Origin: an uncultured Candidatus Saccharibacteria bacterium
GTDB lineage: Bacteria > Patescibacteriota > Minisyncoccia > Phycocordibacterales > UBA2100
DNA: 64,000 nt
Direction: 5' to 3'
Assembly (NCBI GenBank): GCA_964512835.1
Contig: CAZELA010000002.1
Location: forward strand, 28,603 to 92,602
Shown in pieces: positions 1-9,272 of the stretch. Numbering within the stretch: position 1 is the stretch's first letter; each line of letters begins with the position of its first letter. The translations under genes and the position numbers were made by a program. Below the pieces are notes generated by a model. The model searched no databases. It was not told where the DNA came from and saw only the letters and a list, made by a program, of their open reading frames with translations.

Positions 1-1182
1 GTCTTTTCTCTTATCGTGCTCGCGGCGGTCGCAGTACCGTTTACACTGAATGTATTCAAAGGTGGACAGGATCAGACACTCGTCGATAAACAGGAGGTCG
101 CCGAGGACACAAAGTCGCTCAATGCGTACCGAGACGGCACCTCCGCAGAGGCGGCAAAGGCATACGTGGACGGCGTTGATGCGCGCATTCAGGCGGGCAA
201 CATCTCGGATGCAGCGCGGGACTTACTTTTGCTCCGCAAGGCCGGTGTTATGTCGACTGCGCGCGGTGATGCCGAAACCATAAAATCAAACGCAAAGGTT
301 GCAACACAGCTGTTCCGCGATTTCATCAATCGCTCCAACCCCAACACATCAGATCTCTACTTCCGCGATTTCTCGATCGTTGCGCTCACTCGCCTCAACA
401 TGCAGTGCTGCTCGGTCTCGTACGAGATCATGGACGGATCGATTCCGTTGTTCAACACATTTGAACGGTACACCTCGATGGGCTATTCCAAGTCGCTCGC
501 GGCGTTGCTTGCACTCGATGACGCAACGACACAACTCTCTGAAGCCCGAAAGCCGGACATTATGAACCGATTGAACTCGGTGGATATTGCGGCGAAGATC
601 CTGATCGGTTTCAAGGATGAACTGAATGCCGAGACAAAGTCACGCCTATTGCAGGAGCTGAGCGGTGCGATCAACGAGTTCTCGTCGTTGCGACCGCTCA
701 CATTCACTGAGCCGAACGTGATCATGTACGAAGGAGGCAACAAGATGGCGCTTGCATACGATCTCTACAAGTCGAATCAGCCTGATGGTACGTCAGCGTC
801 GGTGAATGCCGCGATTGACCGACAGTATGAGGATGCAGCGGATGCGATCCGCGCCCAGATGAAGGCAGCTGCCGACATCCACGGACTGAACGAGGTGCTG
901 TTCTACAATCAGATCAATTACCTCGAGTCGATCGATCGCCGCTACGGGGATGCAGTCAACATGAAAAAGCACAATGATGCGATCAATACGATCCTCGAGA
1001 TTCTTAAGACGGAACCGACGATCACGAATATCGGACTTCTGTACTTCCCGGGCGCAGCAGAATGGAAGAAGACCAATCCCGACGAAATGAAGAAGCTCAG
1101 CGCATACACGCATTTCATGGATCTCTCCAAAGAAAATGCGGACATCGCGGCATACCTGAAGTCAATAAACGTAACGTGGTAG
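1..1182 (+). CDS. Hypothetical membrane-anchored or extracytoplasmic protein; 5' partial, the frame is open from base 1
   Basis: The ORF 16..1182 stays open upstream to position 1 and encodes a hydrophobic N-terminal segment (VFSLIVLAAVAVPFTLNVF). The rest is hydrophilic and Ala/Asp/Lys-rich. No recognisable family motif. Confidence 0.4.
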   Translation, partial: VFSLIVLAAVAVPFTLNVFKGGQDQTLVDKQEVAEDTKSLNAYRDGTSAEAAKAYVDGVDARIQAGNISDAARDLLLLRKAGVMSTARGDAETIKSNAKVATQLFRDFINRSNPNTSDLYFRDFSIVALTRLNMQCCSVSYEIMDGSIPLFNTFERYTSMGYSKSLAALLALDDATTQLSEARKPDIMNRLNSVDIAAKILIGFKDELNAETKSRLLQELSGAINEFSSLRPLTFTEPNVIMYEGGNKMALAYDLYKSNQPDGTSASVNAAIDRQYEDAADAIRAQMKAAADIHGLNEVLFYNQINYLESIDRRYGDAVNMKKHNDAINTILEILKTEPTITNIGLLYFPGAAEWKKTNPDEMKKLSAYTHFMDLSKENADIAAYLKSINVTW

Positions 1183-1233
1183 TGAGCGGGTAGTATTCCG
1201 AAAAAACGGTCACACAGTGGCCGTTTTTTCATT

Positions 1234-2016
1234 GTGGGATACTATCGTGCAATGAGTCGCAAAGTACGAAAGATCAAGCCGGGACAGACGGTGCTTCTGA
1301 AACAGGGGACCGGCAAGCATAAGGAATTTTGGAACAAGGAATATCAGACGAGCGAGCACCTCGCACTCTCGATGAACGTCTCCGAGGATCTTGAGAAATT
1401 CGCGAACTGGCTGGAGCGGGAATACGGCCGTGCGTACCTGAATCCGGTCGCGCGTATCGTGGATATCGGTACCGGAAACGGTCGCAACATCATTTACATG
1501 TCGAATAACTACGGCATGCACGGTACGGGATACGATATTGCCGAAGTTGCGATCAAGGAGGCCGAGGTCAATAAGGAAGACCTGCCGCTCACGTTCGAGG
1601 TGCGCTCGATGACCGAGCCGCTGCCCGAAAAGGACGGCTCGGTGACACTCGTGCTCGATATGATGTCGTCGCACTTTTTGCGGAAGGCAGAGCGCGAGCG
1701 ATTGCTTGCTGAGATCGTCCGGGTGCTCAAGCCGGGCGGGTGGCTGTTCTTTAAATCGTTCCTCGCGGATGAGGATTTGCATACCAAGCGCCTTCTGAAG
1801 GAAAGCCCTGCAGACGAAGCGGGTGCATATATTCATCCGAAGATCGGGGTGTATGAGTACGCCTGGACCGAAGATGATGCGATTGAGTTTTTCTCGCCGT
1901 ACTTTGATATCAAAAAGATCCAGAAGTCACACAAGCACATAAACAGGGGCAAGATCGGAGAGGAGCGTGCCTGGAAGCGCCGCACCTTCTCGATGTATCT
2001 GCAGAAACTGTCCTGA
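1234..2016 (+). CDS. Class I SAM-dependent methyltransferase
   Basis: Has the glycine-rich SAM-binding motif (VDIGTGNGRN) followed by an acidic loop and LKPGGWLFF, which is typical of the Rossmann methyltransferase fold. Confidence 0.6.
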   Translation: MGYYRAMSRKVRKIKPGQTVLLKQGTGKHKEFWNKEYQTSEHLALSMNVSEDLEKFANWLEREYGRAYLNPVARIVDIGTGNGRNIIYMSNNYGMHGTGYDIAEVAIKEAEVNKEDLPLTFEVRSMTEPLPEKDGSVTLVLDMMSSHFLRKAERERLLAEIVRVLKPGGWLFFKSFLADEDLHTKRLLKESPADEAGAYIHPKIGVYEYAWTEDDAIEFFSPYFDIKKIQKSHKHINRGKIGEERAWKRRTFSMYLQKLS

Positions 2017-2018
2017 GT

Positions 2019-2546
2019 ATGGAGCTGGTTCGACCTGCGGCGGAATATCAGGGCACATTCATGGGCGCGCTCGCGGAATTCCTGAACGCAGAGTCCAACG
2101 ATCGGCGTACCCGCTACGAGCAGTCAGCGGCGGAGATCAATGAGCATGGTTTTGACGGCTATGTGCGCATCGAGTGTTCTCGTGCGCTCGGAGAGAATCT
2201 GCCGGACGGATTCGTCCCTGAAACGACACGGTGGCTCATAGATGATGGTGTGTACATCGGGCGCGTCAACATTCGGCATGAGTTGAACGATCATCTACTG
2301 AAGGAGGGGGGACACGTCGGTTACGATGTGCGGCCGAGTAAGCGTATGCAGGGGTACGGTAGTGCGATGCTTGAACTCGCAATCCCCAAAGTGCGCGAGC
2401 TTGGTATCGATCGCATATTGTTGACCTGCAACGCAAGCAATGTCGGCTCGCGCAAGATCATCGAAAAGAACGGAGGTGTCTTGGAGAATGAAGTAATCGA
2501 TACCGAAAAGGGGACACACAAGCTGCGTTTTTGGATAGAGAAATAA
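2019..2546 (+). CDS. GNAT family N-acetyltransferase
   Basis: Acetyl-CoA binding motif (MQGYGSAML...RKIIEKNGG). Sits 3 bp after the stop of the preceding gene. Confidence 0.55.
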   Translation: MELVRPAAEYQGTFMGALAEFLNAESNDRRTRYEQSAAEINEHGFDGYVRIECSRALGENLPDGFVPETTRWLIDDGVYIGRVNIRHELNDHLLKEGGHVGYDVRPSKRMQGYGSAMLELAIPKVRELGIDRILLTCNASNVGSRKIIEKNGGVLENEVIDTEKGTHKLRFWIEK

Positions 2547-2549
2547 AAA

Positions 2550-2577
2550 AGACGGCCGCAGGATATGCGGCCGTCGT
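2550..2577. terminator. Bidirectional intrinsic terminator hairpin
   Basis: The sequence gacggccgcaggatatgcggccgtc is flanked by A-rich and T-rich tracts and sits between convergent genes. Confidence 0.5.
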
Positions 2578-2599
2578 TCAAGGTTCTGTGCTGCATCGG

Positions 2600-3220
2600 C
2601 TATTGCAGGCGGGTCTTATGCGGCGCGTGATTGCCGTCCGTGACGCCGCCCATGATGACGATCTGTATACCGTCATCGGTCGATAGGAGGCCGCTCTTTG
2701 CCTGCTGCATACGGAGCTCCCGCATCGCGCGCGGGCTCAGGGCAACGACCTCCCAGTGCGACGACATCTGCAGCGAGCCGTACTTCGAGTGCTTCCGCGA
2801 TTCGGAGTACGCACGCATGACTTCGACTGCTATCAGATTGTTGAGCAGCGCCTGCATTTCGTGCAGCGGGTTCATCAGATCGTAGAGACGCGTGTTGTCT
2901 TCGTGGAGCAGTCGCATAGTCTCGTCCGCCTGGACTGCCGCGTAGATCTCGTCCATGGACCGTAGTCCCTCGGGCAGCATCGACTGGATGCGCTCTGCGA
3001 TGGCTTCGCTTTGCGCAAGCAGCGGCTTCAGTTCGGCACTGAGTCCGGACAGGACCACATACAGCCGTTTGATGTGATCCGGCGCCGTTCCGAGTACGGT
3101 GTCGTCGCTTTCCTTTTCGCGGCCGTCGCTGTACGTCTCCGTGATCACAGCACCCGCCATGCGGGACAGGAGGTCATCGAGGACGGTTGTCGGGGTCGGG
3201 GATGCGGTATCGGAGGTCAT
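2600..3220 (-). CDS. Hypothetical protein
   Basis: The ORF 2600..3379 was trimmed to the internal Met (MTSDTASP...). The upstream part of the track ORF has non-protein-like composition. No family recognised. Confidence 0.35.
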   Translation of the reverse strand: MTSDTASPTPTTVLDDLLSRMAGAVITETYSDGREKESDDTVLGTAPDHIKRLYVVLSGLSAELKPLLAQSEAIAERIQSMLPEGLRSMDEIYAAVQADETMRLLHEDNTRLYDLMNPLHEMQALLNNLIAVEVMRAYSESRKHSKYGSLQMSSHWEVVALSPRAMRELRMQQAKSGLLSTDDGIQIVIMGGVTDGNHAPHKTRLQ

Positions 3221-3504
3221 TGCAGGCTCCCTGTGTGTGGTCGATGTACTGGGTCGGATAATGCGACGGCAGAGCATTCGGCGCAAGTGCGGGTTTGACT
3301 TCGCCTCCTCGCTCACGTATATTGCGGAGGCCTCGCAGGAGGCCCTGATTGTTGAATGATTTTGGCTCAACAGAGCCAAAATATCGCAAGAATCCGGGGT
3401 CTAGCAGCGGAGTGTCCATAACCCTGATCGCGAGATCGGGTGCAGGCCTCCCAAAGCATCCTTTTAGGCACCATGACCTCATTAGAAGGAGGTCCTAAAG
3501 ACAC

Positions 3505-3690
3505 ATGGCAAAGACATCAATGATCGTAAAGGCAAACCGCACGCCGAAGTTCTCTTCGCGAACGGTACGCCGATGTTTCAAGTGCGGACGTCCGCGCGGT
3601 TTTATGCGGGACTTTAACCTCTGCCGAATCTGCTTCCGCGAGGAGGCGCTCGAGGGGAATATCCCGGGAGTTAAGAAGTCATCTTGGTAA
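3505..3690 (+). CDS. rpsN: 30S ribosomal protein S14, short zinc-ribbon type (type Z)
   Basis: 61 aa, starts MAKTS..., contains CxxC...CxxC (CFKCGRPRG...CRIC). An AGGAGG ribosome-binding site lies upstream. Confidence 0.9.
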   Translation: MAKTSMIVKANRTPKFSSRTVRRCFKCGRPRGFMRDFNLCRICFREEALEGNIPGVKKSSW

Positions 3691-3691
3691 T

Positions 3692-4087
3692 ATGGTCACC
3701 GATCCTGTAGCAGATTTCATCACACGCCTCACGAACGCAGGCGCTGTTAAGCACGCGTCGGTCTCCGTACCGTTCTCTTCGTTCAAGCTCGCTATCGCCG
3801 AGAAGCTCAAGGAGGCCGGATACGTGACCGCTATCGAAAAGAAGGGCAAGAAGGTCAAGAAGACCCTCGACGTAACGCTCAAATACAAGACCGACGGTAC
3901 GCACATCATTCAGGGTGTGAAGCGCATCTCGAAGCCGGGACGACGCATGTACAAGGGCGCCGGCGAGATCAACAGCGTGAAGTACGGACATGGTGCGCTT
4001 ATCCTCTCGACCCCGAAGGGTATCAAGACAGACAAAGAGGCCCGCAAAGAGAACATCGGCGGCGAGGCTCTCTTCGAGATCTGGTAA
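3692..4087 (+). CDS. rpsH: 30S ribosomal protein S8
   Basis: N-terminus [13 protein letters not shown] and C-terminus GGEALFEIW are S8-like. Placed in spc-operon order. Confidence 0.9.
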   Translation: MVTDPVADFITRLTNAGAVKHASVSVPFSSFKLAIAEKLKEAGYVTAIEKKGKKVKKTLDVTLKYKTDGTHIIQGVKRISKPGRRMYKGAGEINSVKYGHGALILSTPKGIKTDKEARKENIGGEALFEIW

Positions 4088-4100
4088 ATAACATACGCAT

Positions 4101-4637
4101 ATGTCACGAGTAGGAAAAAAAGAAATAATCATCCCGTCCGGCACCGAAGTCTCGGTGGTTTCGACGGAGCTCATTGTTAAGGGCAAGGGAGGCACGCTCA
4201 AGAAAATGGTGCACCCGGCAGTTACCGTACAGATCGACGGTCAGAACGTAACCGTTAACCCGGCGAACAACTCACGCCTCGCAAAGGCGCTCTGGGGTAC
4301 GTATGCGGCACACGTCCGCAATATGATCTCCGGCGTCAATACGCCGTTCATCAAAAAGCTTCAGATCGAAGGTATCGGTTACAAGGCTGAAATGCAGGGC
4401 CAGAACCTCAAGATGGCACTCGGCTTTTCGCACCCGGTCCTCGTTGCGATCCCGCAGGGCGTCACTGTTCTTGTTGAAAAGAACATTGTCACTGTTTCGG
4501 GAGCAGACAAAGAAGTTGTCGGACAGTTCGCGGCGTCAGTACGCGCGATCAAGAAGCCGGAACCGTACAAGGGTAAGGGCATCCGATACGAAGGCGAAGT
4601 CGTACGCCAGAAGCAGGGTAAGAAGGTAGCGGGATAA
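4101..4637 (+). CDS. rplF: 50S ribosomal protein L6
   Basis: Begins SRVGKKEIIIP... and is 178 aa long. Position between S8 and L18. Confidence 0.9.
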   Translation: MSRVGKKEIIIPSGTEVSVVSTELIVKGKGGTLKKMVHPAVTVQIDGQNVTVNPANNSRLAKALWGTYAAHVRNMISGVNTPFIKKLQIEGIGYKAEMQGQNLKMALGFSHPVLVAIPQGVTVLVEKNIVTVSGADKEVVGQFAASVRAIKKPEPYKGKGIRYEGEVVRQKQGKKVAG

Positions 4638-4646
4638 AACATCAAT

Positions 4647-4991
4647 ATGGCACTCACTAAACGAGAACAGCGAAACCGACGACACAATCGCGTACGCGCG
4701 CGTGTTTCCGGAACAGAACAGCGCCCGCGCCTTTCGATCTACAAGTCGAACACGCGACTCACGGCGCAGATCATCGATGACACCAAGGGCGTAACGCTCG
4801 CGGCGGTATCATCGGCGAACGAGAAGGGAAAGACTCCGAAGGAGCGCGCAGAACAGGCGGCGGCAACGCTCGCAAAGGCTGCGAGCGCAAAGGGAGTCAA
4901 GGCGGTCGTATTCGATCGCGGCGGCTTCCAGTACGTAGGCACTATCAAGGCATTTGCTGATGCGGCACGATCAGCGGGACTAGAATTTTAA
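4647..4991 (+). CDS. rplR: 50S ribosomal protein L18
   Basis: [18 protein letters not shown]...[13 protein letters not shown] is typical of L18. Confidence 0.9.
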   Translation: MALTKREQRNRRHNRVRARVSGTEQRPRLSIYKSNTRLTAQIIDDTKGVTLAAVSSANEKGKTPKERAEQAAATLAKAASAKGVKAVVFDRGGFQYVGTIKAFADAARSAGLEF

Positions 4992-5001
4992 TCACAATCA
5001 T

Positions 5002-5586
5002 ATGGCAGACGAAACACAGCAGAATACGGACGGAGCACAGGCGGCAGTCGCAGAGCGACCGCAGCGCGGTGCACGAAACGACAATCGCGACCGACGTGGT
5101 GGTCCGGGGGCACGCGGTCCGCGCCGAGGCGGCAATCGCCCGGAGCGCGAACGCTCTGAGTTCGCACAGAAGATGATCGGTATCCGACGAGTAGCCCGAG
5201 TTATGGCAGGCGGACGACGATTCAACTTCTCGGTTGCGATCGTGATCGGGGACAAGAAGGGCCGAGTCGGTGTCGGTGTCGGTAAGGCGGCAGACACACA
5301 GCTCGCCATCGAAAAGGCGACTCGTGCGGCAAAGCGCCACATGATCAATCTGAACCTCACCAAGAACCGCTCGATCAAGCACAATGTCGAGGCAAAGTAC
5401 TGCGCATCGGTGGTCGAGATCCGACCGTCTCCGGGACGCGGACTCGTCGCAGGTTCATCGGTCCGTTCGGTCCTTGAAATGGCCGGTGTCTCGGACGTGA
5501 CGGCAAAATTGCTCTCACGATCGAAGAATCCGATCAACAATGCCCGTGCAGCCATCGCAGCACTCTCATCGGTCTCAATGAAATAA
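5002..5586 (+). CDS. rpsE: 30S ribosomal protein S5 with an Arg/Gly-rich N-terminal extension
   Basis: Core S5 region (IGIRRVARVMAGGRRFNFSVAIVIGDKKGRVGVGVGKA) preceded by an RGG-rich extension. Confidence 0.9.
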   Translation: MADETQQNTDGAQAAVAERPQRGARNDNRDRRGGPGARGPRRGGNRPERERSEFAQKMIGIRRVARVMAGGRRFNFSVAIVIGDKKGRVGVGVGKAADTQLAIEKATRAAKRHMINLNLTKNRSIKHNVEAKYCASVVEIRPSPGRGLVAGSSVRSVLEMAGVSDVTAKLLSRSKNPINNARAAIAALSSVSMK

Positions 5587-5588
5587 GT

Positions 5589-6023
5589 ATGTCTACTCTC
5601 AACCAACTCAAGCGAACAGGAAAGCGACCGTATCGACGCGTCGGACGAGGCCAGGGTTCTACCCGCGGCAAGCAGTCCGGACGCGGAGGTAAGGGGCAGA
5701 CCGCGCGCGCGGGCCACAAGGTGCGCCCGGAGATGCGCGACATCATCAAGAAGCTCCCGAAGCGCCGCGGCTACGGCAAGAACCGAGGCCGAACCGTTAT
5801 CCCGACCCCGCGCGCACGCGCAATCTCGCTCACGAAGATCGATTCGCTCTTCGCGGCAGGGGATGTGACCAAGCAGATGATCGTCGACATGAAACTGGCC
5901 CGAAAGAGCCAGCCGGTAACGATCGTATCCGGAGAAACGTCTAAGAAGTACTCATTCAAGGGTGTCCGTGTGACCGGCTCCGCGAAGGCGGCAGTCGAGA
6001 AGGCGGGAGGCACCATTGCATAG
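5589..6023 (+). CDS. rplO: 50S ribosomal protein L15. It directly follows rpsE, and no L30 gene lies between them.
   Basis: MSTLNQLKRTGKRPYRRVGRGQGS... is an L15 N-terminus. Its start is 3 bp after the rpsE stop. Confidence 0.9.
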   Translation: MSTLNQLKRTGKRPYRRVGRGQGSTRGKQSGRGGKGQTARAGHKVRPEMRDIIKKLPKRRGYGKNRGRTVIPTPRARAISLTKIDSLFAAGDVTKQMIVDMKLARKSQPVTIVSGETSKKYSFKGVRVTGSAKAAVEKAGGTIA

Positions 6024-7302
6024 GCCTATGTTTGAAAACTTTGTACGAAAGGTAAAGCTCGTCTTCGAAGACGAGGGGCTGCGCAGCCGCATCCTCTTCG
6101 TACTCGGTGCGCTCGTGGTGTTCCGTCTGTTGGCGGCCATTCCGGTCCCGGGCATCGATGCGATACAGCTCGAAGCATTCCTCGCGAACAATCAGTTCTT
6201 CGGACTCCTCAACATCTTTTCCGGCGGCGGCTTCTCGAATCTCTCGATCGTGATGCTCGGCGTCGGTCCGTACATCACTGCGTCCATCGTGATGCAGCTG
6301 ATGACGATCCTCGTTCCGCGCTTGAAAGAGATGTATCAGGAAGAGGGAGATGCGGGCCGACAGCGGTTCTCGCAGTACTCGCGTTACCTCGCGGTACCGC
6401 TCTCATTCCTCCAGGCGTTCGCGTTCCTCCTGCTCCTCCAGCAGAACGGCATCGTCCCGACGCTCTCGATCCTCGGTCTCGTCACCAATGTGACCGTCAT
6501 TGCAGCCGGTTCGATTCTCTTGATGTGGCTCGGCGAGTTGATCTCTGAATTTGGTGTCGGTAACGGCGTATCGCTCATTATCTTTGCGGGTATCGTCTCG
6601 CGAATCCCGAGTGACATCTCGCAGACGCTCTTCGCGTTCGATCCGTCGCAGGCTCCGGCCTACCTCGGCTTCCTCGCTGCGGGCGTCGCCATCATGGCGG
6701 GCGTTGTGTACATCACCGAAGCAGAGCGACCGATCCCAGTTACCTATGCGCGCCGTGTTCGCGGTTCCAAGGTGCTCGGCGGAGTGTCCACGTACCTTCC
6801 GCTTCGCGTGAACCAGGCGGGCGTTATTCCGATCATCTTCGCCTTGTCATTCTTGTTGTTCCCGCAGATGATCGCCACGTTCCTCTCACGAGTATCCATT
6901 ACCTGGCTTGCCAACGGCGCGCATGCCGTGGTGACCGGTCTTGCGAACCAGTGGATTTACGGCGGACTCTACTTCTTCTTTGTGGTCGTATTCACGTACT
7001 TCTACACTGCAATTACGTTCGAGCCGCACCAGATCGCGAAGAATCTTCAGAAGAACGGTGCGTTCATTCCGGGCGTCCGTCCCGGTACGACGACCGCGGA
7101 TTACTTGGGCAACATCATCACGCGCATTACGCTCGTAGGGGCATTGTTCCTCGGCTTACTTGCAGTGTTCCCGATCATTCTCCAGGGTCTGACGGGCATC
7201 ACCGCGGTCACGATCGGCGGTACGGCACTCTTGATCGCCGTCTCGGTCATTCTTGACCTCGTCAAAAAGATCGACGCACAGACCTCAATCCGCGAATACT
7301 AG
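6016..7302 (+). CDS. secY: Preprotein translocase subunit SecY
   Basis: 428 aa, about 10 transmembrane helices, conserved SecY segments (GIDA, LNIFSGGGFSNLSIVMLGVGPYITASI). Confidence 0.95.
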   Translation: MHRPMFENFVRKVKLVFEDEGLRSRILFVLGALVVFRLLAAIPVPGIDAIQLEAFLANNQFFGLLNIFSGGGFSNLSIVMLGVGPYITASIVMQLMTILVPRLKEMYQEEGDAGRQRFSQYSRYLAVPLSFLQAFAFLLLLQQNGIVPTLSILGLVTNVTVIAAGSILLMWLGELISEFGVGNGVSLIIFAGIVSRIPSDISQTLFAFDPSQAPAYLGFLAAGVAIMAGVVYITEAERPIPVTYARRVRGSKVLGGVSTYLPLRVNQAGVIPIIFALSFLLFPQMIATFLSRVSITWLANGAHAVVTGLANQWIYGGLYFFFVVVFTYFYTAITFEPHQIAKNLQKNGAFIPGVRPGTTTADYLGNIITRITLVGALFLGLLAVFPIILQGLTGITAVTIGGTALLIAVSVILDLVKKIDAQTSIREY

Positions 7303-7504
7303 GCAGCATCGCGCAGGCATAACCCGCCTACTTCGTTACGGGTACCAAGCCGCACTCTCGCCGTACTTCTTGTACGGGTCGAGATGCGGCTTTTCCCGTG
7401 CCTCGTATTCGGGTCATTCTGCGCTCGCTGCGACGTTAGTCGGGTAATACAAACGCGCGGCAACTCCAGCGGGTTTTTTGTTTGTTTTATGGTACTGTCT
7501 CGTC

Positions 7505-8083
7505 ATGAAGTTGGAGAATGTCGTCATTATTTCCGGCCCCTCGGGAGCAGGAGAGGATTCCATCATCGGAGGCTTGAGCGCCTTCACCACCATCAACCGT
7601 GTAATCACCACCACAACCCGCGACATGCGTCCGGGCGAGAGCAACGGTGCGCCGTACTATTTCATTTCGAACGAGGATTTTCAGAAGAAGATCGACAGTA
7701 ACGAAATGATCGAATGGGCGCAGCAGTACAACGGCAACTACTACGGCGTGACTAAAGAGGAGCTCGAACGCGTGAACGCGCTGCCGGGTATCGGTACGTG
7801 GAAGATCGAATACCAGGGAGTTATGACGGCACAAAAACTCTTTCCCGAGATACTCTCGATATTTATTATGGCGGACTCGCTTGAGATCCTCGCGGAGCGC
7901 ATTCGCTCACGAGGGAATGTATCGGAGGAATTCATTCAGGAGCGAATGGAATATACGAAAGAGTGGCTCAAGCACACCGACATGTACGACTACACCGTCA
8001 TCAATCACCAGGGGAAGCTCGACGAAGCCATCCGCGAGATTGCCGGTATCCTCAAAAAAGAGGGCTACGCGGTGAATATATGA
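7505..8083 (+). CDS. Guanylate kinase-like protein with a degenerate P-loop (GPSGAGEDS; Glu at the invariant Lys position)
   Basis: Guanylate-kinase fold signatures (TTTTRDMRPGESNGAPYYF, NGNYYGV), but the Walker A lysine is replaced. Start trimmed to the Met after the secY terminator. The stop overlaps the next gene in ATGA. Confidence 0.65.
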   Translation: MKLENVVIISGPSGAGEDSIIGGLSAFTTINRVITTTTRDMRPGESNGAPYYFISNEDFQKKIDSNEMIEWAQQYNGNYYGVTKEELERVNALPGIGTWKIEYQGVMTAQKLFPEILSIFIMADSLEILAERIRSRGNVSEEFIQERMEYTKEWLKHTDMYDYTVINHQGKLDEAIREIAGILKKEGYAVNI

Positions 8084-8664
8084 TCGAGAAAAAGGTGGTT
8101 GTGATCGCGGGCCCGTCCGGCAGCGGAAAGAATACCCTCATTCGCGAGATCAAAGCTCGCCACCCGCATACCGCAACGCTCACCACCGTCACCACGCGTC
8201 CGCCGCGAGCCCATGAGGTCAACGGTGAAGACTACTATTTTTATTCGATCGATGAGTTCGATCGAGAGGTTCAGAAGGGCAACATCAAGGGTGAGCGTTA
8301 CGTACCGCTCTTCGGCGGCGTCCACTACGGCATCTATCTGCCTGATCTCCAAAAGAAATTGCAGACCGCGACTGTCGTGTTCGCGCCGGTGGATATAACC
8401 GGTGCCGAATGGCTCAAGAAGAACTACGACGCGCTTACCATTTTCATTACACCCGAGTCCTTCGAGCAGTATCGAGTTCGTATTCATAACCGCTCGCGCG
8501 ATATGAGCCCCCGTGAGTTCGACATGCGCATGAAAATCGCGCGCGAGGAGCTTGGAGTTCATGCGCAGAAGTACGATTACCGTGTGGTGTCCTTCGACGG
8601 GGGGCTCTCGGAGCTGACCGACCAGGTATTGGAAATAATCACAAAAGAAGGCTACACTCTCTAG
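8080..8664 (+). CDS. gmk: Guanylate kinase
   Basis: Intact P-loop GPSGSGKNT, TTRPPRAHEVNGEDYYF, YGI. It is a paralog of the upstream gene. Confidence 0.75.
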   Translation: MIEKKVVVIAGPSGSGKNTLIREIKARHPHTATLTTVTTRPPRAHEVNGEDYYFYSIDEFDREVQKGNIKGERYVPLFGGVHYGIYLPDLQKKLQTATVVFAPVDITGAEWLKKNYDALTIFITPESFEQYRVRIHNRSRDMSPREFDMRMKIAREELGVHAQKYDYRVVSFDGGLSELTDQVLEIITKEGYTL

Positions 8665-8675
8665 GAAATTCATCT

Positions 8676-9266
8676 ATGGATCCCATTACAGTACTGTTTT
8701 TCGGCTCCCAGGGCGCCGGCAAGGGCACGCAAGTGCAGATGCTCATGGATCACCTGAGCAAGCGTGCAGATCGCGGCATTATCCGCATCGACATGGGCCA
8801 GGAGCTCCGCAATCTCCGCGATACGGGCACGCACACCGGAAAGCTTACGGGAAACATTATCGACAACGGTATCCGCATTTTTGATTTCATGGCTATCTAT
8901 CTGCAGACCAAAAAGGTCGCAGACAGTTTCACCGGGGAAGAACACATCATCGCTGACGGTCTTGCGCGCGGCGCGGATCAGACCCGCGGTTTTGACGACA
9001 TGATGCAGTTCTACGGTCGCGAAAAGCATTTTCAGATCATCAATCTTGTTATTAATGACGACACCGCGGTCACACGACTGCTCGCACGCGGTCGCAACGA
9101 CGATACCGAAGAGGCTATCCGACGACGCCTTGCATGGACGAAGACTGATGTTATGCCGCAGATCGACCTGTTGCGAAGCCGCGGACGCGTCGTGCACGAA
9201 ATTGACGGCGAGCCGGACGTGGATACCATCCACAAGAACATTCTTGCCGCGCTCAAGCTCGCATAA
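8676..9266 (+). CDS. adk: Adenylate kinase (short form, no zinc lid)
   Basis: LFFGSQGAGKGTQVQML P-loop, 196 aa, in the canonical position near secY. Confidence 0.85.
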   Translation: MDPITVLFFGSQGAGKGTQVQMLMDHLSKRADRGIIRIDMGQELRNLRDTGTHTGKLTGNIIDNGIRIFDFMAIYLQTKKVADSFTGEEHIIADGLARGADQTRGFDDMMQFYGREKHFQIINLVINDDTAVTRLLARGRNDDTEEAIRRRLAWTKTDVMPQIDLLRSRGRVVHEIDGEPDVDTIHKNILAALKLA

Positions 9267-9272
9267 AATCCT

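Noticed and set aside
5002-5717. Long antisense and overlapping ORFs inside ribosomal-protein, cyo, recG and surface-protein genes (for example 4998..5717-, 30948..31991-, 42383..43336-, 8670..9950-)
   Set aside because: These are high-GC frame artefacts. They are Arg/Ser/Pro-rich, lack starts with ribosome-binding sites, and overlap well-supported conserved genes on the opposite strand.
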